Below, one piece after another: positions 24,101-34,110 of a stretch of DNA of 43,407 nucleotides. The translations under genes were made by a program, and so were the position numbers. Under the pieces are notes generated by a model. That model did no database searches. It saw only the letters and a program-made list of their open reading frames with translations, and was not told the origin of the DNA. Origin of the DNA: Fonticula alba ATCC 38817 (Eukaryota; Protista; Nucleariida); the NCBI GenBank assembly GCA_000388065.2, contig KB932203.1. One strand, given 5' to 3'. Numbering within the stretch: the stretch's first letter is position 1; every line of letters begins with the position of its first letter.

Positions 24101-26611
24101 CGCTTGGTGCAGATGGACACCGCCCTGCACTTTGAGGAGACCAGCATCTACCAGAAGCTGGATCCCCTGGCCCGGCGGCGGCTGGTGGCCACGGCTGCGC
24201 ACTGGCTGACAATGGAGCTGCTGCTGGCCCAGTGTGCGGTGGCCACGGTCCCGTCACCGATGCCGGCGTGGTGGCAGCCGGCCGGCATTCGCGAGGCACT
24301 GGACCCGGCGCGCGTGCGTCATCTCCATAGCCCCTTGCGCCTGGCCGCCGGCATCACCGCCGGCATAAGCCCCGACGACGGGGGCGGCCCCGGTGTTGCG
24401 GTGTGCTGTGCGTGTGGGAGCCGTCTGCCTCCGGGGCCCGTCACCGGCCCTGCCGCCACCGCTGCCAATGTTGGCGTCGGCGTCGGCGGGCTGGTCCCCT
24501 CGCCTGAGGGCCGGCCAATTTGCCTCCTACGCGGGCCCCTTCCCGCGGGGAATGGGCTTGCCTGTGGCGCCTGCCAGTCGCTGCTGCAGCGGCAGAAGAC
24601 CCACACCGAATCGATCGGCCTGATCCAATCCTCCATGCCAATGTTGACGCACGACCGGGAGAGCGCGGATGCGGCGGCCGGGCGGCGCCTGTGCCGCGTG
24701 GCCGCGGTTGCCAGCAGCCCGGCTGCGATGCCGCTCTTTGCGGCGGCCTGCCTCGGCGGGAGTCGGCTGTCACGCGCGCCGGATGACCTGACAATCAAGT
24801 CGGGCGGCCCGAATGCCATGACAACCGGGGGCCTGGCCGCTTTGAGCCCGAACGCCGGGGCGTGCATCCCCCTGCGTAGCCCCCTGCTGACGGACTCGCC
24901 CCTGATGGACTGCCTGGGATCCCAGCACACTGGCCACACGGCCGAGCTGTCGGACCTCAGTCAAGCCGGGGGGTTGGCCGTTCCGCTGGACGCGGTCCTG
25001 GCGCCCTGGTGCCGGGAGGCCGACCGGGCGGACATGGCCCCAGGCCGGCGCCTGGATTGGGCTGCCACGCCACCGATTCGCCACCTGTGGGTTCCCCACG
25101 GCCGGGAGTCCACCGTGGCCGTGGTCCTGGCGCATGGACTGACTGCCGGATGCCCGGCGCGGCTGCGCCTGTGTCTGGCCACCGTGCCGGGCCTCCTGGC
25201 GCCCGGTTGCCCAGCCGTGGAGCTGACCTTGTCGGCCTGGCTGGCCGATCCGCTGGCCTCGGCCGGTGACAGCCAGCCGGTCCCCCTGGCGCTGAATGTC
25301 CTGCGACGCCTGGTCCCGGGTGCTGCGGACATGGTCAACACCGACCCGCATGGTGGCCGGGGGCTGACCCTCGGGTGGGTGGATGTTCCCCTGACTCGGG
25401 AGCCGGGGCCCGTGGCTCCGGGCAGTGTGTTGATCTTCCGCCTGGTGCTTGACCAGCCGGCCGCGCAGGGGCTCCTTGGTGTGGCGGACCTTTTGATCGA
25501 GCAAGACTCCCCCGAGGCGGATGATGACGAGGAGGCCGCGCACTTGGTTCCGGCTGGCAGCGAGCCCGATTCGCCGGTTGTGCTGTCTGCGGCCGAGGTG
25601 GCGGCGGCCGTGGTGGCCGACCAGGCGTCGATCGTGACCCGGGCAGCTGGGCGGCCCCGGTGCCGGCTTCTCACCCGGCGGGTGCCGCTGCGTCCGTGCT
25701 CGGAGGCTGCGCGCCGCCTTGCCACGCCGCAGGCCGGGCGCCTGGTGCTGGTGTTGACATCGCTGGCGAGCTTTGGCGCGCCGGCCGGCGGCTCGGCGGC
25801 TCTGGCGGATCTGCTGGAAACCGAGGCCTCCGGCCATGGCCCTCTCGGACATTTGGAGGCTGGGCAGTCGGGGGTTGCCGGTGCCGCGGTCCCGGGAACC
25901 GGGGCTCCGGTCGCCGGGGCTCCGACCCCTGCTGCCCACCCCACCGGGCAGTCCTTCCTGTCGCGGATTTTCTCGCGATCTGCCCCGGCGTCCGGTGGCG
26001 AGCCGGCCGGGTCGGAGCGCGGCGGTGCCCCCCCGCCCGACGGGGCCCCTGGCGATGCGGTGGCGTCGCATGTGATGGGCCTCGGCGGGAGCCGGGACTC
26101 CTTGGCGGCGCCGCCGCGCCCGGCCATCGGCCTGCGCCTGCGCGGCATCACCCTGCCCCGGGAGCTGGCTGTACATACGCGTCTTCTGCGCGTGACTTTG
26201 GTGCTGGGCAGTGGCCTGACATGCGTGGTCGGGGAGTTTGCCCTGCCGCTGGTGGCCGTTTCCGGGCGCTCGGCCCTGGAAGATCGCCTGTACCTGTCCC
26301 TGCTGACCCCCCTGCATCCGGAGGGGGTCTTCTTTGCGGAGGGCCGCGGCCCTGGCTCCGGGGCGGCCTTGGTGCTGGAGAGCGCGGACCCCGCCCCGGG
26401 GGTGGCTGCGGCGGTGGCCTGGCGCGATGGCAGCCTGAGCCAGCTCCCCTTCCAAGCCGTGGGTCAGATCATCTACCAGAGCGAGGGGTCGTGGCTTCGG
26501 CAGCTGTCGGCCGATCGGCGGAGTGCCGCGGCCCGGGCAGCCAATGCGGCCGCCGCCGCCGACCAGGGCGACGCCCGGCCCTTCAGTCGGATCCTCAGTT
26601 TCTTCGACTAA
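17848..26611 (+). CDS. SAC9: SAC9-like SAC-domain protein, probably catalytically dead; exons 17848-18036, 18380-19006, 19246-19314, 19389-19501, 19609-20692, 20843-26611 (about 2,600 aa)
   Basis: Spliced segments line up in order with recalled Arabidopsis SAC9 motifs: VLHVDPNTG (IYIDPTTG), LPTGHPIYQVNDSMWISIPL (LPGGGCVYTVAESQWVKIPL), HYYCHGVDLTTPFP (HYFCDTRDITRPFP), FRANHLLSGPFAMAGAPEVCVALIRG (FVWNRWLSVPFKNIGLPEHCVILLQG), RAGTPP (RRGTIP). Splice phases are consistent. Confidence 0.75.
18082..18147 (+). repeat. Poly-C homopolymer (66 nt) in intron 1 of the SAC9-like gene
   Basis: Seen directly. Confidence 0.9.
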
Positions 26612-26895
26612 GCAGTTCCGCCCTCGGCGCATGCGTGTGTGCGCGCCCTGTCCTTGTATACATATTCACCCATGCGGTGGGCATCCCGTGTCCGTGGCCC
26701 ATGGAGAGGTGGGCAGGAAAGAGGAAGGGGGGGGAGGGGGGAGGGGGGTGCAGAAACAATGGGCAGGAGTCTATTTTTGGGTGGAGGGGATTGCCGGCAG
26801 GGCACATCTGTGCCACGCGCGCGCAGGATGGGACACGAGGCCGGGAGGGTGCGGAAGGAAAGAAAGTGGCCTTTCTTGCTGGTCCGCTGGCTGGC

Positions 26896-28907
26896 TCAAG
26901 ACAGGTGCACCGTTGGCGAGGCGGCATTGGACGTGAAGGTGACTCCCCACTCGCTGACGGAGTTGTCATACGAGCAGGCGTACAGGCGCTCGGTGGTCGC
27001 GTCAAAGGCGAGGCCGCGCACGACGTTCCGGTGGTGACGGGCGATCTGGCAGATGGACTGGGTGGCCAGGATGACACAGGCGATGTTCCGGTCGTTGGTC
27101 ACGGCGAAAAGCACCTTGCCGGAGGGGTGCCACACGTAGGATGGCATGCCCAGGGGGTCGGTGTCGATGCCATAGATGTTGGCCACCTGCTCGGCCGAGT
27201 GCGCGCGGAAGATGATCAGCCGACTGCGGTCGGTCAGGACACCGAGGTATCCGCCGCAGGGGCTGAACTTGACTGTTGGCCGTGCGTTTTGGTGGGGGGG
27301 GGGAGGGAGGGGGGGGGGGGGGGGNNNNNNNNNNNNNNNNNNNNNNNNNNNNNNNNNNNNNNNNNNNNNNNNNNNNNNNNNNNNNNNNNNNNNNNNNNNN
27401 NNNNNNNNNNNNNNNNNNNNNNNNNNNNNNNNNNNNNNNNNNNNNNNNNNNNNNNNNNNNNNNNNNNNNNNNNNNNNNNNNNNNNNNNNNNNNNNNNNNN
27501 NNNNNNNNNNNNNNNNNNNNNNNNNNNNNNNNNNNNNNNNNNNNNNNNNNNNNNNNNNNNNNNNNNNNNNNNNNNNNNNNNNNNNNNNNNNNNNNNNNNN
27601 NNNNNNNNNNNNNNNNNNNNNNNNNNNNNNNNNNNNNNNNNNNNNNNNNNNNNNNNNNNNNNNNNNNNNNNNNNNNNNNNNNNNNNNNNNNNNNNNNNNN
27701 NNNNNNNNNNNNNNNNNNNNNNNNNNNNNNNNNNNNNNNNNNNNNNNNNNNNNNNNNNNNNNNNNNNNNNNNNNNNNNNNNNNNNNNNNNNNNNNNNNNN
27801 NNNNNNNNNNNNNNNNNNNNNNNNNNNNNNNNNNNNNNNNNNNNNNNNNNNNNNNNNNNNNNNNNNNNNNNNNNNNNNNNNNNNNNNNNNNNNNNNNNNN
27901 NNNNNNNNNNNNNNNNNNNNNNNNNNNNNNNNNNNNNNNNNNNNNNNNNNNNNNNNNNNNNNNNNNNNNNNNNNNNNNNNNNNNNNNNNNNNNNNNNNNN
28001 NNNNNNNNNNNNNNNNNNNNNNNNNNNNNNNNNNNNNNNNNNNNNNNNNNNNNNNNNNNNNNNNNNNNNNNNNNNNNNNNNNNNNNNNNNNNNNNNNNNN
28101 NNNNNNNNNNNNNNNNNNNNNNNNNNNNNNNNNNNNNNGAGAGAGAGAGAGAGAGGGGGGGGGGGTCAGTGAGTGCGAGGCATGCAGTTAGGCTGCGCGC
28201 AGGATGCGGCGCAGTCAACATGGGAGGGGAGGGAAAAGAGCGGGAAAGCGGGGCATCAGGAAGGGGGGGAGGCACGAACAGGCCGCGCGGACGAGGAACT
28301 TCTTGTGGTCGGCCCAGGACTGGGCCACGGCGGAGAACATGTCCGCAGAGGCGTCAATCAGATGGTGCGTGGCATCCATGGAGGTGGAGATGAGCAAATC
28401 CGGCCGGCGGGGGTTGAACACCACTGACAGGACCCCGGCACGGTGGTGGTGGAGGTACTTCTCCGGCAGGCCGGTGGCCAGGTTGGTCAGGATGACCTGC
28501 TGGTCGGCGCCGCCGGTGGCCAGGTAGCGCGGCTGGTCGGGGGTCTGGCTGCCATCCGGGACCGGGGGCTGCACCGCCACGCAGAGGATGTTGTTTCCGT
28601 GGAGGCCGGCCAGGTTCCGGAGGAGGCTGATGCCCGGCACGCCGGCCGGGTGCGGAGCCAGGAAGGCCGCGTCCGCCGGAGAGAGCGACCGAGCGATGGC
28701 CATCTCCGCCAGACCGGCCTCCACGCGGGCCTGCAAGGCGGTGTTCAGCATCTCGACCAGCTGGCCGCCGGGCTGCGTGCGGGCCATGTCCTGGTCGTAG
28801 GCGTCCAGCAGGCCGCCGGTTTCCTCCTCGAAGGCGGCCAGGGTCTGGTGGAGGCCGCGCTCGAAGAGAAACTGCTGCACGAGTCCGAGCACGCGGTTGG
28901 GGTCCAT
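26896..28907 (-). CDS. LisH + WD40-repeat protein; the middle part lies in an assembly gap
   Basis: N-terminal LisH-like VLGLVQQFLFERGLHQTLAAFEEE. WD blades LATGGADQQV, HRAGVLSVVFNP...STSMD, HRNVVRGLAFD...ACSYDNSVSEW. ATG 28907, stop 26896. Confidence 0.85.
27325..28138. other. Assembly gap; other gaps at 19095-19139, 35296-35353, 37005-37516 and 42530-42594
   Basis: Runs of N, each adjoining a G or C run. Exons of the WD40 and DPP4 genes are hidden in these gaps. Confidence 1.
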
Positions 28908-29526
28908 TGTGTGATGTGGGGCGAGGGGCGGGGGGGAGGGAGGGAGGGGTGCAAAGAGGCGGAGGGGGACGATCGGTAGAGCAGGGCCGGGGTGTGGTAT
29001 TATTGGTAGAGGCGCCCCAGCAGGCGGGGGGGGGGGGCTGGGGGCGGGTCTACTTGGGACGATCTGCGGCCTCCGGCCGGTGCGAGGCCTGCAAAGGGGG
29101 CGGGATTGACGAGGAGCCAATCCGTCGGCGATCGGGATCTTCGGGCGGTGCCCCCACAGAGGACACCAATAGGGGGGGGGAATCGGTCTTGCCGGGCCTG
29201 GCACCTTCCGCCTGGCGGGGGGGGGGGGCCTGTTGCTAGCGTCGGCGGTACCAAGGGCCAGTGTGGCCAGTCCTGGCGGGCGGGGAGCTCGGGTCTTTCT
29301 GTGTTCTCCCATTGCAGTTCACCCATTCTTCACCGGATTGATCACACCCCTGCTCATCGGCGAGGTCTAGGGTTTGCCGAGCTTTTCGAATATTCGATGA
29401 ATATTATTGGGCAATTTGATGGGACCCGGGGATTTGCAGCTTCTGTGCGGAGGGTATCCCGGCGGGCGCCGCCGCGTGTGTGTGCAACGGGCAATCAGTC
29501 GCCGACTGTCCGGGACCGCAGCCACA

Positions 29527-29528
<2 letters not shown>

Positions 29529-29617
<89 letters not shown>

Positions 29618-29643
29618 GGGGGGGGGGGGGGGGGGGGGGGGGG
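29529..29643 (+). repeat. 115-nt near-perfect poly-G tract in the divergent WD40/RPL23 intergenic region
   Basis: Seen directly; only three non-G bases. Confidence 0.9.
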
Positions 29644-30450
29644 CGCGGGAGGTCTGCAAACCGTGGAGGCCACCTCCAAACTCGGGCGGGCGACGAGGGG
29701 GCGCCGGACCGCGACCCGGGGTATGCGTGCAAGCAGGCGATGTGCCCGGGGACCGTGTGGGGGCCTGGGCGAGGGGTGTAATGTGAGTGGCTTGGGGGAT
29801 GGGCTGGCGGAACGCTGTGCGGCGCGCCGCGGCGGGCGCCATCGCCGCTGCCACTACTTTGCGAGGCAGGGGGGAGGGGAGAAATACCCGGAGTACGATG
29901 CGGGGTTCGCTTCCCGGTCTTCAGGGGGCGAGCGCGGGGCCGCATTGACGAAGGGGGGGGGGGGGAAGGGGGAAGAGTACCTCCACGCGCTGTCCTCCGA
30001 CCGCGGAGGCGCCACCCATCGCCCGGGGCCGCGGGTGGGAGGGTGTGTGTGGTGTTCCCCCCTGAACGGCCAGGGCCGTCGGGTGGCAGGACCGAGGGGC
30101 GGGGGGGGGGGGTACCTGTCCTCGTTGGCGCTGTCCGGCCGCCGAGCCCGCGTGTGCGGCCCCCTCCGGGTTGGCGCCCATGGCTATGAGGAACTCTGTG
30201 CCTGGCGTTTGTGTGCACCTGGGTGTGACTGGGGAGGGGGGGGGCCGGCGTGTTTCCGGGTGCGTGTGTGCGTGTGTGTGTGCGTGTGTGCGTGTGTGTG
30301 TGTGGGTGTCCGGCGGCGGACCCCTGGGTGGGGGGGTGGGGGGCCGAGGCGTCCCGGCGCCCGGCCCCGGCGTCCACCCCTGGCGCCCCTCTCCCGGGAG
30401 GCCCCTCTTTTTGAGGGCCCGCGCCGGGAACCTCGGTGGAGACCGGGCGG

Positions 30451-30480
30451 TCTCTCTACTTTGCTCTTTCTGGTTTCGTC
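30451..30480 (+). promoter_or_regulatory. Pyrimidine-rich TCT/5'TOP-like start region upstream of RPL23
   Basis: TCTCTCTACTTTGCTCTTTCTGGTTTC, with CTCTTTCT at 30464-30471, about 40 nt before the ATG. It matches the YC+1TTTYY pattern of ribosomal protein promoters. The TSS was not observed. Confidence 0.4.
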
Positions 30481-30507
30481 TGAATCATTTTCGAGTGAAG
30501 AGTCAAC

Positions 30508-32843
30508 ATGTCTGCCAAGCGTGGTATGTACCGATTGCCTGCTGGCGCAGACCCGTAGCCTCTTCCCTCCCCCCTTCCCCTTCTTCGCCTGCTCGCCCCC
30601 CCCTCCCCTTCCCCCTCCGCCTCCCCCCCTCCGCCGCCGTTGCCAGTTCCCCGCCGCCCGTGTTCCCTCTGCCGCCTGGATGTGCCTGCCCAGCACCCTA
30701 GCATGGTGTCTGGCCCGTGACGCTGTTCCTTCCCCCCCGTGGTTGAGAGGGGAAACGCTGCGCGCCCGTTTCGCGATCCGCCCTTTCCTCCCCCCTGCCC
30801 GGCGGCCGCCTTTCGGACTATGTGCGCCCCGCACGCACTCGGAGCCGTGTTCCCCCCCCCGGTTGAGAGAGACCCCTGCCTGCCCGTTTCCCCCTTCTCC
30901 CTGCCGACGCACTTCGTGTGCGCGTGCTCGAGGTCCGCCTGTGTGTGGGAGGAGTCCCGTATTACTCCTCCCCCGTTCGCGCGTGCGCTGGCTCCTTCCA
31001 TGCCGCCCTCCCCCTCCCCATAGTAGATAGTACGCCACGGATACCAGCCCCTCTGTTTCCAATTCCTGGGGGCGGGCTTTCCGCTCTCTCGGTGTGTGTG
31101 TGTGCCTGCGCGCGTGTGTGGTTTCCCCAGAGGACGGGCACGTTCTTGTTCTGGCGTCGCGGGCCACCCTGGTGGTCTCCGTGTTTGCTGCTGCATCGGA
31201 TGCATCATGCATCCGACGTGGCGCCGCCTGCCTGCCCCTCTTGGGATGCGCCTGTGCGTATGTGCGAGCATTCGTCGCACATACGCACGCACGCACGCAC
31301 GCACGCACATACACCGCGAGATCGGCCCCCTCCCTCTGAGTGTTGGCAGGGAGCCGCTCTATCCTCGTGTGCGCCGCTATTGCCTGCTGCTTGGTCGCTG
31401 GCCTGCCCTCTCCCCTCCGCCCGTGTGTTGCTCGGTCCTCGCGCGCGCGCGTGTGTGTGTGTGTGTGCGCTTCTATCCCCCTTCTCTCCGCGCGGCTGGG
31501 CGTCGCTCGCACGCGCGCACGGCATGCCCCGCCGCACTCACCAGCATGTGGCCCTCTCGCCGTGTGCCGGGCTGGCCCTCCGATGGATCGCCACCGCATG
31601 CATGGACTTTGGCAGGGGGGGCCTGTTGCGCCTCTCCCTGTTGGGGACCTCTGTGCGTGCGTGTGTGTTGCGACTCTCGGGGTGTGCTGGCCCGCGCCGG
31701 CGTTCTTGGTGTCCCCGTGTTGTCGGTGTTGTGGGCTGCTTGTGTGGCGTCGGTCGGTGCTCTCCCTTCGCTGTGGCGTACATTCTGCCCGCGCCATGTC
31801 GCGGTTCTCCGCTCCTTCTCCGGTTCCCTTTGCATGTCGTTCCCCTCCTTGTGTGACGGTGTGTAGCGGGGGTCGCCGGTGATGGGTGGCGGGGGTCGCG
31901 CTCGGCGAAGGTGGGTTTGTCCTCCTCGTCTTCTCCTTCTCGCCGTGGTGTTGCAGCGCGCGTGTGCCTGCCTGCGCTCGGCAGAGGGGCGAGAGAGGGG
32001 CAGGAGAGGGGGGGCAGGAGAGGCGTCTGTTGATGTGTGTGTACATGCTGCAGACTTCTAGGCGGGGCAGTGCTTGCCGCGCCAGCGTGCGCCCGTGCGC
32101 GTCCCTCTCCATTGGGGGCGAGCCGCGTCACATGTGTGGCCATCGCTGGTGCAGCGCGCGCGCTCTCTCTCTCTCTCTCTCTCTTCTCGGTGTGGGCTTC
32201 TCTCTGGGTTTCTCTCCCCGTGCGGGGGTGTCTTCCTCTCTCTTCCTCTCTCGGGACATGCATCACCTCCGGCGGCAATTTCTGGCATAACGCGCGCGGA
32301 TCGGCCGGCTTCTCCTTCTCTCTCCCCCTCGCTCTCGCTTCCTCCTCTCGCTTCTTGACTTCTCGCGACTCACGCTCCTCGTGTCCGCCCCGCTTCCCCC
32401 CTCTCTCTCCCCCCCTCTGCACGCGCGCGCGCGCAGGTACCGTTATTGCGGGCAACAAGTTCAAGATGTCCCTTGGTCTGCCCGTCGGCGCTGTCATCAA
32501 CTGCGCTGACAACTCCGGTGCCAAGAACCTTTACATGATCGCCGCCGTCCGCAACCAGGGCCGCCTGAACCGCCTGCCCTCTGCCTCCCCCGGCGACATG
32601 ATCATCGCCACCGTCAAGAAGGGTAAGCCCGATCTGCGCAAGCGCGTCCACCCCGCCGTCATCGTCCGTCAGCGCAAGGCCTGGCGCCGTCGCGATGGCA
32701 CCTTCCTCTACTTCGAGGATAACGCCGGTGTCATTGTCAACCCCAAGGGTGAGCTCAAGGGTTCCGCCATCACTGGCCCCGTCGCCAAGGAGTCCTCCGA
32801 CCTGTGGCCCCGTGTCGCCGCTGCCTCCGGCACCGTCGTCTAA
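30508..32843 (+). CDS. RPL23: 60S ribosomal protein L23 (uL14); exons 30508-30523 and 32437-32843 (140 aa)
   Basis: ATG TCT GCC AAG CGT G|gtatgt ... gcgcag|GT ACC gives [37 protein letters not shown]...[15 protein letters not shown]...[12 protein letters not shown]. The CDS is 423 nt, the expected length. Confidence 0.97.
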
Positions 32844-34110
32844 GGGACTTGTCCCCTTTCCCCCCTGTCCGTCCTCTCCTGCCGCCGCCGCCGCCCCCGG
32901 TGCGGTATGGGTGGCCGGGTGACACACACGCGCACATACACAATACTACCTGTGTGTCTGTGATGCCTTTGTCCGGTTTTTTGCCCTGCCTTCTGGCCGC
33001 GCGGGGGGGGGGATATGTTGTACGGGGGAGGGGGGCGAGAGGGGAAGGGCGCGCCGAGGGGTTGGTGTGGGTGTTCGAGGCACGCGCGCGCGCGTGTGTG
33101 TGTGTGTGTGCGTGTGTACGCGCACGCCCCGCCCTGCCGTGTGCTCGCCGTGCCGTCCCCTCTCTCTCTCTCCCGCTCTTTCTTCCTTCCCGGCGCTCCG
33201 CGCCTCCCCGCGCCGGGCGCGGCAGGACGAGCGGGGAAAGGGAGCAGCAGCAGCAGCGGCAGCACAGGGGGGGGGGGAGAAGCCACGTCCACATGCGGCG
33301 CGAGCGCGTTTGTTCGGGCGCGCACGCGCGAGGCGCCTGTTGTCCTTTCCTCCTCCGATCCCTCCCCCGCCCCCCTGCGGACCTGGCGCATTCTGTGCTC
33401 CGCTTTGCGGGGCACTTTTCTCGCTATCCCCCTGTCCCTCCCGCGCTGGATTTGTTTCTCCCCCCGTGTCCTCGGATTGTGTCGCCGCTCGCTGTGCGTG
33501 TGTGTGCGTTGCGTGTGTGCTGGAGAGAGCGGAACTGCGCGAGGCTGGACCGAGGGTCTGATTCTCGGTTCTGCACTTCCGGCGCGCGTCTCCCGAGCGG
33601 AGCGGCGAGGGTGCCCACGATTCGCATTGGCAGGCTCCAAATGCCACCGCACACGCACTCGTTGGAGATACCAACGCATTCGCCCTCTGGATGCGCCAGC
33701 GGTTCTCGAGCGTTGCTTGCTCGAGGGCGTCTGGTCCACTTCCGTGCCCGGCGCCGTAGATCGCGGCCTCCGGCCACTTGGAGGGAGAAGAGCCCATTCA
33801 CCGCACACGGCGCCGATAGCGCACGTACCCCCCCCCCCTCTCTGTCTCTCTCGCCTTGTGCTCAGTCCGGGCGCCAGCATGAGGTTCGCCGCTTCCGGGT
33901 GGCGTCCGCAGTCGATCTCCCCACCTCCTCGCCCCCAGGGACATCGCAGGCAAAGACCTGGCTCGTCAGTGCCAGGCGGGGTGCGGGTATTTATGCTGGG
34001 AGGGCACACGATCTTCCATGGATGGGGTGTCTATTGTCAGGAGGGCCCAAGAGGGCCGGAGGGAGAGAGAGGCAGGCGGGCTCACGCCCCTCCCTCGGAG
34101 AAGCACCGCC

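Noticed and set aside
24572-24592. CQSLLQR (CX5R pattern) in the SAC9-like protein as a relocated active site
   Set aside because: It lies in the Cys cluster far from the SAC domain and has no P-loop context or following T/S; chance match.
24770-26632. 620-aa minus-strand ORF, and similar antisense ORFs at 21116-22105, 20812-22080 and 37850-39367
   Set aside because: Shadows of real GC-rich coding sequence on the opposite strand; no recognisable motifs.
25660-28393. ORFs of 400-840 aa containing X runs
   Set aside because: Artefacts of translating through N gaps.
30524-32436. Box C/D snoRNA in the RPL23 intron
   Set aside because: No RTGATGA C box paired with a downstream CTGA was found by eye; H/ACA RNAs are not excluded.
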